From Chrysomallon squamiferum (taxonomy: Eukaryota > Animalia > Mollusca), in contig CM022667.1 in assembly GCA_012295275.1 (NCBI GenBank), positions 4,340,001-4,404,000 of the forward strand: a stretch of DNA of 64,000 bases, read 5' to 3'. This document shows, piece by piece, positions 28,406 to 43,005 of this stretch. Every line of letters starts with the position of its first letter. The first letter of the stretch is position 1. Below the pieces are notes generated by a model. It was given only the letters and a program-made list of their open reading frames with translations, made no database searches and was not told the DNA's origin. The translations under genes and the position numbers were made by a program.

Positions 28406-28598
28406 ATAAAGCTGTCTCTTCAACTCCATCATTGCCACACAGTACGAGCTGATTGCTGCTGTTTTATTCCGGACAGCGGTCAGTTATTGATGCTTGATCC
28501 TGGTCAGTTAGTGATACTGAAAATAAATCGTTTGTTGATAGAGTACGGTGGTGTGTTATTGTTATTAGATGGTATTAGTCTTTGTTTCTTTGTTTTTT

Positions 28599-28667
<69 letters not shown>

Positions 28668-28707
28668 GTCTGTCTGTCACACATATAGACAGACAACTAG
28701 ATAATGG

Positions 28708-28797
<90 letters not shown>

Positions 28798-29466
28798 GTT
28801 AAAAATAGCGAAGTAATATAAAAGTATGAATCATTTTCTTAACGCAGTTTAGCGAGTACAGTTCTCGTGTCTGACGTGTAAATCTTTGTCCAGTGTTCAG
28901 ACGTGCGGACATTCAGACAGTGTTTATCGCCTTCATAAAGGATTTCACTTGGCGGTTTCACTGATCTTTTTTTTATCAGTTTCGTAGTTTCTTGTCTGAA
29001 CAGAATTTTTATATCCAGTTGACTGAGAACAACAGAAATAAGTTTTTCTAAATCCCCAAACGTGTTTGTGTGTGTATATGTGTGTGTATGAGAGAGAGGG
29101 GGCGAGAGGGAGAGGGAGAGGAGAGAGGAGAGGGAGAGAGAGAGAGAGAGAGAGGGAGCGGAAGGAGGGAGGCAGGCACGAATACTATTCCTTTAAAGAA
29201 AATGTTTTACAATTGAGAGAAGAAACATGCTGTATCACATAAGTTGCTCTTTTTTAATTACCGAGTAAAGGTTTTACAAGTGACCCAAAAAATGTTGTCA
29301 GCACAAATTACACATTTTATTATTACAACATGAGAAAATAAACATACCGTGCACATCTGTTCCTCATTTTTATTTAATTTTAAAAATATCTCAGCCTTTC
29401 TAAGTAAATTTTTTTTAAATATTTGTAAAAGAAAAAATATAAAATGATTTTTTATTATTTACTACT

Positions 29467-29507
<41 letters not shown>

Positions 29508-30404
29508 TGTTTTAAAATATTTATTATAAATGTTATTTTGGATAAAAGAAAGATGTAGTTCCATTCGAATTTCTCATTTTATAACAAAAATATTCACAAC
29601 GTTCAACACAGTTTAAACATTTTTAAAGAATGTTTTGTTTCTTTATTGTTAGCTATTGTTAGATTTTTAATTGATCAATCTTAAAAAAAAAATTTTAATA
29701 TTTTTTTTATTTATTTATTTATTCTTTTTTCAAAAATAAATATAATGTCTTGATAAAGTACATGCTGTTTTTTTTTTTTTCTCTGTGTTACAAACGTGCA
29801 GTAGAAAACTAATAAAAGAAAAATTCAATAACAATAAAATTCATGTAACCGATCGCTGAAATGTATCCTTCCTGGCTTAAATTTAAGTTTTTAATCTGAA
29901 CAAACTTGTACACAAATTCCTTTGAGTAATATTGGTTTTTATCTCAGCCGCCATCTTTGATTAAGCAAGAACGGTAATCAGATATCTACAGTACTACATG
30001 ACCGATTATAAACACAGTTTTTATTTGTTTGTTTATTTATTTTTATTTATTTATTTATCATTAACTCTGGAATATTTATTTTATTTTGACGTCATTAGTA
30101 TCAACACACTAAGTCTTTGCTAACTATTTAACCAACTAATTTGCTAGTTTTCTTAAACACATAAACTAATAGTACGTTGGAAGTTTTACTAATGTTGTCT
30201 TTGTTTCCACACTTTATAACTTTCTGTCTGAACTTCGATTTGCTAACTTATGAGATGATGGTGATAATAATAATAATATTTTTAATAATAATGTTAATGA
30301 TAATGATACAACAACAACAACTGCCAGTACTACTACTATTATTACCATTACTGCTACTGTTACTACCACTACTACTACTACCACTACCACTACTACTAGA
30401 GCTT

Positions 30405-30482
<78 letters not shown>

Positions 30483-30488
30483 GAGTAA

Positions 30489-30520
<32 letters not shown>

Positions 30521-30521
30521 A

Positions 30522-30575
<54 letters not shown>

Positions 30576-31110
30576 GAATAGTAATAATAACAACAACAAC
30601 AATAATACAAAGTTTTGGTTTATATCTTAGTGCTGGCTATTTCTGAATGTTTTAAAATTCATACTGAAAACATCCACTAACTATGTAACTTAACTGCTTA
30701 TTTCTCCTGTAGAGCCACGAGTTCAACTCTTACCAGAGCAGTCTTTGAAAAACAAAAACATTTGATATAATATATAAAACACGTTTGAAAACAATTTTTT
30801 AATAAACTAAATTATTTTACAATTTTTTCTTTATGTTTTTTCTTTCCTTTCTTTCTTTTTGTTACTTACAGGAATTTTTTTTTTTTTTTTATTTTTTTTT
30901 AACACCTCATTTTCTGCCAAAAGAAATAACAACTGCAAGTTCAAAAAAGTTATTTTTAGAAGTGAAATCTGTTAATAGAAAATTACTGACAAAACTGCTA
31001 TCTCAATCTGTCTGTCTTGTGTTTGAAAAATATTTTTCACTTCAGTTTGTTAAAACTATAAAACTGTTTCTTTGACATATGGTAAGTCAGCAAAATGCTG
31101 GCGTTTACAG

Positions 31111-31150
<40 letters not shown>

Positions 31151-31439
31151 GCACATATTTCGGTGGACTCTCACATCAGTAAAATTAATTTTGACTTTAC
31201 ACCATAACCTTTGATAAATCTGTGAGAGAACAGATGTTTGAACGAGAAAAAACTGTTCCCGATGCAAATTTTTTAAACACTGATTCTTCGCATGTTTCAT
31301 TGATTTTACAAAATTGTTAGCTTCAACATTCGTAACAATAAACTTGTCAGATATCAGTAGATTACTGTATCTTGTCTTTTACATTTATATCTCTCGCGGG
31401 ATGTAACAGATTATACAGATTAATTTAAGTTTCAGTTTA

Positions 31440-31494
31440 CAAACATACACCGACACACACACACACACACGGACACACACAATCAAACACAGAC

Positions 31495-31543
<49 letters not shown>

Positions 31544-31606
31544 TGCATACATATACACGCATACATAAACACATACATACATACATACATATACACACAC
31601 ATACAT

Positions 31607-31655
<49 letters not shown>

Positions 31656-31780
31656 TACACACATACACACACACACACACATACACACACACACATACAC
31701 ACACATACATACATACATACATACACACATACATACATATATACACACACACACACTTCTTCAGATACACAGACACACAC
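31440..31780. repeat. Compound (CA)n/(TA)n/(TACA)n microsatellite
   Basis: Visible directly. Source of the several VCVC/HTHT pseudo-ORFs. Confidence 0.97.
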
Positions 31781-32234
31781 GAGTAATGCTGTAGGCTATA
31801 TAAAATCTCAGTACAGAAAACCTGATAGTTATGGAATCATAAGAAAAGAATTAAGTAGTTTTATTGTCGACTTGCACCATTCATTCTGTTGTTTCTGAAC
31901 TCTGTGTGAAGAATCGAGCTGTGGTAACTAAAACGATTTCAACAGCTGTGTGCTTGTCAGTGGTGGACATGAACAGAAAACAATTGTGTACGTGTGTGTA
32001 TGTATGAATATATTATGTATGTATGTATGTAAATATAGATATATACAGAGAGAGAGAGATATAGATACAGATAAACACAAAATACACAGATATACAGAGA
32101 TAGTTAGATAAACACACACACACACACATATAAATAAACATATAGATAGATAGATAGTTAGATAAAGAGAGAGAAAGACACAGATACATATATACATTGT
32201 CAACATTTAACATATCTATAAAATTATTATTATT

Positions 32235-32314
<80 letters not shown>

Positions 32315-32664
32315 TATTATTATTAGCCTTAGGTTTGGGCATCACGTGTTGGAATGGGAAAATTCATTAAGTGTCTACTGGAAAGGGTTGATTCGGTCTC
32401 TTGTTTCATGTTAGACTAAATTTATAACATAAAAGTTTGAACTTCAGAATTAGTGTATCAGGTACATTTTATCACTGTTTGTTTGAACAAGCGTGAATAC
32501 GTGCTACATTAAGTGTAAAACGTTAACAAGTAATTTAACTATTGATTTGAAAGCCTTGAGCTGGATTCGAAACAGTTTTATAAAACCCCGGCATAAATAT
32601 ATTGTTACGTCTGTTTGCATTTGAATTATCTGACTGACGTGCGTGTGTGTGTGTGTTTGTGTGT

Positions 32665-32713
<49 letters not shown>

Positions 32714-33163
32714 TGTGTTTTATTAATATAATGCTGTAATTCGTAAACTTCGGCTGATACAGGCTGATAGAAGAACGGTTCAAATAACAATTATTATTAT
32801 TATTATCATTATTATTCGTCTTCTTCTACTTCTTCTTCTTCTTCTTCCTATTATTATTATCATCATCATTAATTAATTTTTGTATTTTCTTTTTATATGA
32901 CATGTAATTTATTTATCTTTTTCTTTCTTTTTCGTCTTCTTTTCTTATCATTTATTTCTTCTTCTTCTTTTATTTATTTTTATTTTTTTATTGTTTTATT
33001 TATTTTGTTTTTTCTTTGTACTCTGTGCCCGGCTACTGATTTATTAAATTTGAGTTTATCACAATCCACAGGATCACTGAAGATACGAAACAATCGCAGA
33101 ATTCTTTTTTTTCTTCTTCTGTAAAGTTATTTCTTATTTCTAAACTGCACTTCTTCACACTTC

Positions 33164-33196
<33 letters not shown>

Positions 33197-34397
33197 CGTA
33201 AAAATAAGAAAGAATGAAAAAAAATAAAATCATGGTATAGTGATGGTGGGAAGTAGCAAAACAAAAATACTTTTTTCGTCTAACTGATAACTGTAGATCG
33301 TCTGAGATATGATTATTTTAAAATAAGACTTTATTTCGTTTGTCTGATAATAAATAGCGACGTAGAAGCAGATTAGATGTAAAAAAAAAATTATATTAAT
33401 TTGTCTGATGCCTCTTCAGCGTGTGATTCTGATACCCACCTGATGGACACGCCCATTGACAGTCGATTCTAGACAGCGAAATGTACCACGTGATCTTTAC
33501 TGAACAGCAGTTAACTGAATAGCAGCAAAATAAACAAAGCTATTCACTGAAACCGAAAAAAACAAAAAAAAACACGAGAGAAACATTTGTTTAGTAATAT
33601 CGTAACAGATGCACAAACATACATGCATACACGCATGAATAAACACACAGAACATACATACCTAGCACAAACACACATACACATGCACCCACACAAACAT
33701 GAACACAATAAACACCAATACTTTAACATAAACACACAAAGAGACAATCTCACGCTAGTGCGCGTGCGCTCTCATACGCAGACACACATAAACAGAGTGG
33801 TACAAAAAACACACTCATAAACCACACAGAAACACACGCATTAAATACCTATATATATAAATACAAACACATACATTCACCCTTATACACGTACCCACAA
33901 ACACGCACAGACACACAAACACATACACAAAACACACAGACATATTATACATATTTTAATACAAACACATAAACTCACCCTTAACACATGCCCACAAACA
34001 CACACGTATATACTCGTACACACAAAAACATACAAACTAGAGGACACACACACAAACACACGATCAGAATACGGATGAACGAGAGAAACAACAGAATGAA
34101 ATAACCTAATAAACAAAAGACATCCCAGAACGAGGAGACGCTCAGTCACGTGATTCCCTGTTGTCTAATCAAATCTACACGTCGTCGTATACGACGATGT
34201 AATCCAATATACACTGACCAGCGACAACGTCAGTCTGTCACAACGTTGTTGTTAATTATTTTGTTGACGGCATCTCATTGATTTCGTTCCGACTGTTTCC
34301 ACACGCAAGTTTTCTGATCGTAAAGACGCAGGGCTATTTTTAACTCAGCCTGTAGATTAACTGCATGAGTATGTAACTATAAATAAAAGATAAAAAT

Positions 34398-34435
<38 letters not shown>

Positions 34436-34555
34436 GTGCGTGCGTGTGTGTAGGCTACATGTGAAGGTTAGGTTAGGATTTTGAATATTCTCTGTCTTAT
34501 GTACATCTGATTAGACTCTGCACAAAGACAAACCCCGTTTGTTTTAAGTGTTTTT

Positions 34556-34587
<32 letters not shown>

Positions 34588-35143
34588 ATAAAAACAATAA
34601 ACTGATTAGTAAATACAGGAATAAACAAAAACGTTAAATTAAAAAAAAAAAAAAAAAATCCATAAATACACTATTAATACGGTATTTTCTATGTCATTAA
34701 TTCGAATTACATTTCTATTTAATCTCTTAATAAATCTTGCGTTTCGGCTGTGTAATAATCTGTTAATCTGGCGCATCGTCTGTCTCGTAATGACGTCCAT
34801 CAAACCTTCATTCGAGGCTCGCGCGGAACCAGCCGTCTGCAGAAATAAAATGATTTGTGTAAACACTGTGACGTCATCAAACGAAAATGTAGCTGTCTGT
34901 TTTGTAGACCGTATCTAGACTTACAAGATGATTGCAGCTCGACGATGGCGTTCTTCAGTTAATCACCATGAAGACGATTCAGAAGCTGAAGTGGAGAGAA
35001 AACAATTAATAATCTCGTCGTATTTTCACAGAGATTCGCCATTTTTATTTTTTTTTTTTTTTTTTTTGAAAAACATTATATTTGAAAATAATTTCATGGT
35101 GAAAGTTACTAGTACCAGGTGTGAAAAAAAGAGTGCGTAATAA

Positions 35144-35176
<33 letters not shown>

Positions 35177-35227
35177 GTAATGATATTAACCCGACTAGAT
35201 GATGTTTCGTAAATGTGGATGGTAAAA

Positions 35228-35258
<31 letters not shown>

Positions 35259-35910
35259 AATTTAGATCATATTTAGAACTATTTCCCATTTTTCTCTCTC
35301 AAACTCTCTCACACCCACCCTCACACCCATCCAGACCCCCACACACACCCCCACACACCATCTACTTTTTACATAACTTAATCTATAATCACCAGGCAAT
35401 TTTTCGGTTTATCTGAAATATCATCACCAAGTAATAAATACATCATTATTAACAGATTAAAATCATTAACAAAACAAAATAAAAAAAAAAAAAAAAAAAA
35501 AAATTCTCTTTATTTAAACGTTTTAATTAATGTCGTAAGCGATCTAACTTTTATTCTCTCCCCTGGAAATACCTTGACGTCATCACAGTGTATCGCCTAC
35601 AACAAACACTCTTTATTATTATTTTTTTTTTTTTTTTTTTTTTAGTCTTGATAATCCAGATCAGATGAGTTAGTAAAACCTCGAGTCACGGTTTCTGAGG
35701 ACAAACAAACAAAACACGCTTCGTTTATAATTGATGACGCTCACGTTTTCTCGGTTTTGTTGTTCGCCACATTTAATGTAACTCTGCGTCGCGTTAAAAC
35801 ATTTAAAGAGCTTCTTGTCACACGATGTCTGGATTAGTGGCAGGTCACGTGACTAATTAACGCCAGACAGTGGGTTAGTTATTTCCACGTCCTCGTTAAC
35901 AGTGTATGAT

Positions 35911-35953
<43 letters not shown>

Positions 35954-36529
35954 ACCAAAAATTTTGTGTTTTGTGTTTTTAAAATATTTTGCTTTTATTT
36001 TTAAAATATTTTGCCACGAAACAAAAAAAAATAATAATAATAATAAATAAAATAAAATAAATAAATAAATAAAAAGTTTTGTAGGTACTGCTGCTGTTAA
36101 CAAATACAAAAAGCAGCTGTTCATATTTTTCATGAACGATTTATTTACATTCACCAGGGGCAACTTGAAAGTGTTCAGGATTAAAGAATATTATCTACAA
36201 ATGAGAGAAAGTGTAAAAAATAAGAAAAATCGTTAAACGCTTCGTTGCTCGCCATTCTTTTTACTAAAATGTTGATTAAAACAAAATGTCTAAAAAAAAA
36301 TGTTGATCGATCTTCAAGATTTTTCGCGTTTAATTTCACTCATTTTTCACTCTCTTTTTCTTTAAATGTTAATTATCTCTTTATGTCTGTGTGTTAAATT
36401 ATTAATCAAACCTCTGAGCAATAATCTATAAAAAAAAAAAAAAAAAAAAAACGATCGAAGAGTATTTCCAAGTTGTTTTCTTTTCATACCATGTGCCAGT
36501 GTGAAACGAGGCTTGAAATTTCCATGTTC

Positions 36530-36632
36530 CTATTACGCATGCGCTTTGTAGACACTCTAGAAATAAAAGGTAAGGTTTTTCGATAGTCTCGATCAGCAAA
36601 GATTTGCAATTAACCAATCAGATGGCGCGTAG
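36530..36632. promoter_or_regulatory. Promoter-like motif cluster (NRF1/EWG-like ACGCATGCGC, CCAAT box, ATGGCG YY1-like core)
   Basis: acgcatgcgc at 36535-36544 and aaCCAATcagATGGCGcg from 36612, about 1 kb upstream of the candidate start exon at 37611. Confidence 0.35.
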
Positions 36633-36875
36633 TAAAAAGGCGTTCACTGGAGGCCAGATGCACTCTTCAGTACAATTATCCTGGATTCAAATTATTGTCT
36701 GAAAATATTGCGATTCCGTGTATCCAGATTCGTGCGATTTTTGAAAGTGTAAATGACAACAAACACCTCAGTCTCAAAGGCTATTTTTATTTTTATTTTT
36801 TATTTTTATTTTTTTATTACTGAAATGTGATAACATATAGAGCAATGCAGAAAGACAAATTATATAGAAAAAGGT

Positions 36876-36916
<41 letters not shown>

Positions 36917-37195
36917 TGTATGTATGTATGTATCTGTATATATATATATATATAAATGTGTGTGTGTGTGTGTGTGCGTGCGTCTGCTTAGGTACATAAT
37001 ACATAGACAGACAGGAATACAGATAGATAGATAGACTGATAGATAGATATATCAACGGACAAATAGAAAAACAAACATAGACAAAGAGACTGACATTAAC
37101 TAACGGTGTTACAACTACAGTCTGACATAAATAAACAGACAATCGCTGAATGGACAAAAATAATAATAAAACATTTATAAAAATGTATCTACATA

Positions 37196-37226
<31 letters not shown>

Positions 37227-37610
37227 TTGTATGTATATCTGTTTATATGTATGTATGTATTTATGTATAAAACAACTGGAATAAAACGACACACAGCTAC
37301 AACTCGGTGACAAAAGTCCGCGCGCTGCAAACACAACATCAACAACTTGAGAAGCAGTGAGAAGTTTTCAGCGGCTAATTACCAGTCAACTCGGCATCTG
37401 ACAGCGATCGTGGTCAACAAGATAAGTAAAAAAAAGCATTCCCACAATTCCCCTGTTTGATAGATTTCACACGCCACACATTCTGACTGCGACAGCTCGG
37501 AAAGGGTTAATTAAAGCTGACCAACACACGTGGGTATCGGGCCTTTGGCCTGCGTTTGGCCCTGGCTTTATCTCGCTTAATGGCAGTGATTCTGATATCT
37601 AATTTCCACC

Positions 37611-37649
37611 ATGGACGAGGCAGGGTCCAGAGCTGTTTTATGTACCGAG
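37611..37649 (+). CDS. Candidate initiating coding exon MDEAGSRAVLCTE (phase 0)
   Basis: Kozak context ccaccATGG, 13 sense codons, ending exactly at a consensus donor GAG|GTAAGT inside a CpG-rich island. No convincing downstream partner exon was found in the window. Confidence 0.4.
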
Positions 37650-38458
37650 GTAAGTGTTGCTGGGAAGAACTGGATTTCTTTTTCGCGTTTATGAGTCGAT
37701 TAAACGTTAATTCCTGTCAAATATTTTTCTTCTATTTATTATTTTTTTTGTCCAAAGTAAGGTGTAGCTCGATGTAAAAGATAGCTTGAGTGATGACGTC
37801 TTCCAAGATCAAATCTTGGCAGAACCTTTCCTGGTTGTTGTTTTTTTGCATTATTTGTCTAAGACTGAACTGTGTACCGTGTATTTATTTATTTGTTTTT
37901 TTTTTCGGTGTCAGATTATTTATCGATTAGTCGTTTCTTTGATCAATCATTCTTTAATTTATTCTGATATTTCTAATCTAACTGTACGAGAAGAATGATT
38001 TCTTTTTAGTATTGTTCCGACAAATCTTCTTAAATTAATAAACAACGATTTGATTGTAGCGGTATCGGCAGATTAATGTCTGACCTCTGACCATCATCGT
38101 CATCATTATATAGTAACAACAATAACAACAACAACAATAACTATAACATAACAAAAAATAATAATAATCATCATCATCATACATGACTATACAAATACTT
38201 TTACAGAGTTTTGTAACCAATACTACTTTGTCAGAATTTCTCTTTCTTCAGTGAAGAGAAACGTGGATGGTATCCATAGCAACAGTGAATAGTTAAAACT
38301 GTGGATTAGTTGCAGTAATAGCTGGATTCTTACATGATGCCAGTGATATTACTTCTTGCGGCTAAATACAGGAGACTAGAAAATCCAATATCTCTCTCTT
38401 TTCTTTTCTTAACTTTTTATTGGCCCTGTGAACAGCGTAACACAAAACTGGACTCCGG

Positions 38459-38501
<43 letters not shown>

Positions 38502-38532
38502 TTTGTTATTTTTATTGCTTTTTATTATAATT

Positions 38533-38563
<31 letters not shown>

Positions 38564-40223
38564 TTATTATTATTATTAAATTTTTTTTGATTGATGTTTA
38601 TTTGTTTCAAATAATTTTATTTATTCTATATATTGTTATTTATATAATCATTCATTCATGTTTGTATTAATTCATCCACCATACGATCCATTCATTCATT
38701 CATTGCATGGATCCACCTATCCATCCAGCTATTTATCCTTCCATCCATCCATCCATCCAACAATTCATTCATTTTTTGTTATTATAAAAAAAAAAAAGTC
38801 AAAAACCAAATAACAACAACAACATCAACAAAAAAAAAAAAAAAACACTAACCAGTAATTTTTTCACATAAAGAAAAAGAAGAAATAAAATAGTTCTACT
38901 CCTGTTACAATTACACGTGCAATATTTATTTTAATACCGTAACTTCAATCTTCAAACAATTTCTGAAAAATAAAACCAGGTGTGGCCAAGAAGAAAAAAA
39001 CAAAACAAAGTCAGCAATTTTACTTTTTTACTTTTTTTTTTTTTTTTTTTTTTTTTCTACAGCCACACAAAAAAAAAACACCATAACTAAACAAACAAGC
39101 GAAATGAAACATCTACATATGGAAGGGTCCGCTATCGTTATCTCTTTTAACTCTCAAAGTATTAAAACGAAGAACTCGATCGCTTTTGATCGTCTCTGTT
39201 CAAACTTCCGAGAAACGTCGCGTTTTGATTGGCTGTCGCGTCGCCCAGGAAACGCATTGATTTCCCTCAGACAAATTAAGCTTTCTTCGTCGGAAAACAA
39301 GTAAACGAAAATCCCAAGAATAAGGCAATTTTCTTTCTTTCCTTCTTTTAAAAAAAAAAAAAAAAAAAAAAATACTCTGCATGGCGTTATGGTCAGACGT
39401 GTAGATGAGTATTGACTCTGACTCAACAAGTCTTTTCAGCGAGCGTCCACTGATTCACAAACGGTAATTCTGTGTTCAGTTTGAACAAATTATTTACCGT
39501 TTATTTCGAGAATGCGCTCCAGTTTTTCTTTCAGACGACTCTCCGAGTTAGTAAGATTAGTTCAGCGCATGCGCAGTTCAATGACACCGGTGAATTGAAA
39601 GAATTAGTGCTTTTTTCGAAACAGCGAATAAAATGTTTTCGAACGTCTTAATTTTCCTTTTCACTCTTTCTTTCTTTCTTTCTTTCTTTTTTTTCGTTTT
39701 AACAAACAGTAATAGGTGTGATTCTGTTTTTAAGCTAAAATAATAAAAAAAAAAAAAAATTGAAGAAGAATTTTCAGTATAATAACATCATTTAAGCAGC
39801 TTTAGATTATTTTATTGTTTTATCAGTGAACAGATATATCATATCAAATTATTACTTACACTTTTGGCGCTTGTAACATACCAGTTATCTGAAGTATATC
39901 GACCAAATGACGTCATACATATTTCGTAGGTTCTTTGCCACCATCTTGTTTATTTATTTATTTATTTTTCTTTTGTTAAATCTCGTTTCTTTCTTTTTAT
40001 TTTTTTTTTTTTATTTTTTTAATTGGTTTTTTCAAACCGTTTCTTTAGTTTATATCAAACGCACAAATGCTGGGTAAAGCAGATGTAGTAAGAAACATCA
40101 CCATTTTGCTGACGTCAGTACTTTCTGCTTACTTCTAATCCAGTTTCACGTCTGCTACATCTTGTCAACAGGTGATCATGTTTTAGTTTACTTAAATCCG
40201 ACTTCAGAAGTGATTCTTCATCA

Positions 40224-40258
<35 letters not shown>

Positions 40259-40780
40259 TTAAAGAACCAACGGCATACCGATGGAAAAATAAAACTAAAT
40301 AAATAAATAAAAAAATCGTTTGTTGTTGAAATCTGAGTCCTTTTTTTTAAATTTTTATTATTTTATTTCTTTTAGACAACACAAAGAACGAAAGAAAGAT
40401 AGAAAGAAAGAAAAAAAAAAGAATACAGATGCGCTTTGCACAAAAATTAGGATTCACACGGGAAAAGCATTCACAGATAAATGAATAAAAACAATTATCT
40501 ACTGTCCTGAAACTGAACTTGACTTACTACTGGATAACACTGCTGACATACATGTTTATTTCCACTCATGCATGCGTGCATGTTTTGGTGTGTATGTATA
40601 TGAATGTGTGGTCTGTTTGAGAGTGTGTGTGTACGTATGGTAGATTACGAAGATAAAGACGAGACAGATGTAGTTTGGCGAGAGTTCACACAAACATCGC
40701 GTTTCTGTTTGTGACGTACTCGAGTAGGATCAGTGTAAACAGTAAGCAACAAGTAAATGTATTACAAGACCGAGCGGCCA

Positions 40781-40819
<39 letters not shown>

Positions 40820-41349
40820 AGTCTTCTTCTTTCTTTCTTTCTTTCTTTCGCTGTTAGGTTTGTTTAGATGTCTTGGTATGGAGGTCTTCGCATTTTAGTG
40901 TGAGAAGATATTAATTATCTGGTTTTTTAAACCGAAAGAAAGATAAAAATGTATTTTTAAAAACAGGGAAAAGAGAGAGAAATGGAGCGAATTATAGGTA
41001 ATGAAAGACATGTATATGAAGAGATAGATAGATAGACAGATAGATAGATATAAAGATAGGGAGAAATAAAGACAGGCAGACAGAGATAGAAGGAGAGAGA
41101 GACAGAAATAGACTAATTGATAGAAAGATATATAGATAAACATAGATATAAATAGACAAGAGTTTAGATAGACAGAAATAGAAAAAGATAGATAAATTGA
41201 AAAGAGAGAAAGACAAACAGAGACACAGAGAAATAAATAGAAAAAGAAAGAGACAGATACATAAAGAGTTGGATACAGAGAGAAATATAGAGACAGATAG
41301 CTAAGTTGGTCGAGAGAGAGAGAGAGAGAGAGAGAGAGTGAGTGAGTGA

Positions 41350-41404
<55 letters not shown>

Positions 41405-41909
41405 GGTATCTCACTTGTTTACAAGTAAACATTAAAATGAAACGTATTTTTTCCTGTGATCAAAGACAACACTTGAAGGTTTTATCAGGACCTGAGTTTA
41501 AACACGATAAGCAGCTGCCTGTTTCTACAGACTGAGCCAGTCTGTCAGTGCACGAGATTAATTTGATTAATCCCAACATGCAGACGTTGTAGCTGTGTGA
41601 GCGTGCATCGCTCCCATCAGTCACTTCCGCTGTTTTGGAGGCGGCGAAATCAAGTCAGACGTGTTTTTCAGTGACTGCTTAACCAAGCCGACCCGGAATT
41701 CCACACAACCACTTTTTGTAATTGATATATTTAAAAAAATAAAAAACAAAAAAAAAAAAAAAAAAAAAAAACAGAAAAAAAAAAAGTAAAAGAGGAAAAG
41801 AAAATTAGGAAATAGCGATTTGTGTTAATTCTGTGTATAATAATTAGTCGCTTCTTCGTCTTTCTGTTATTGTTCTTACTTTCTGTTTTGTGAATTATTC
41901 TTTATTATC

Positions 41910-41993
<84 letters not shown>

Positions 41994-42774
41994 TGTGTTT
42001 CAATTATCTCTATCAGTGTTTACCTCTCAGCTTGAATAACTAAGAGTAGCTTGTACCTTTTTTTTCTCTTCTGTCTAATTATCATTACTTAATACTTCTG
42101 TACTCGTTTAGAGTTTATAAAACAATCACAAAAAATAAAAATAGAAATCCTGTTATTTTCAACTTTAGCATTCGAAAACAAATCTTTCTAAAAACTGGGC
42201 ACTAGTACAAAAGTAACAATAAAGAGCGTATGTGATACTTGAAGAAGAAAAAACAACAATATGTGTGTGTGCGTGTGTGTGTGTGCGTATATGTCATTGA
42301 TCTTTGACCTTTTCAAATATTACCAACCTCAGGCTAGGCTCTTCACTATTTGCACCTAATCCAAATTAGAAAATGTTGCAGATAACTCATGACGTCATTC
42401 TGGATTCATCTTGAATGGCGTTGCTATGACATTTTACCTCACGCCTCTATTACCAAGGGCGATTACTTATATTTAACTTAGATTTTGTAAGTTAGCTGGA
42501 AAAGTACGGAAATTGTAATAACTGAACTTCGTATATTTCTGTTTATTTCTTAATAATTTCCAAACTAAATCATGACTTAATAAGCACGAGGCCCTGACAT
42601 TTATTTAATTAAATGTCACAAATCTTTCTCGCTACTTTAGATCGTTCCCGCAGGCTAAGTCAGTGTATTTTTTAAATTACTTTTGCCTTCACCTTATTTG
42701 TTCCTCGTCGTAATATTTTACTGTTAATAATTCTTTTAAACTATTATTATTATTATTATTATTATTGTTGTTGT

Positions 42775-42830
<56 letters not shown>

Positions 42831-42972
42831 TATATATTTATTTTTAAATTAAAATAAACAACACAGAAAATTGAACTAAAACTTTAGAATGATACATAAA
42901 CAAACATTTATAAAATCTATGCATAAAGGTATATTTATATATATACCGTGACACAAACATACGTACTTACAT

Positions 42973-43005
<33 letters not shown>

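Noticed and set aside
28359-28517. Minus-strand exon bounded by ttttcag and gtgagt
   Set aside because: Stops in all three frames, and it overlaps the more coherent plus-strand candidate; a non-coding exon cannot be excluded.
34466-34477. GGTTAGGTTAGG as an interstitial telomeric repeat
   Set aside because: Only two units, which is chance level.
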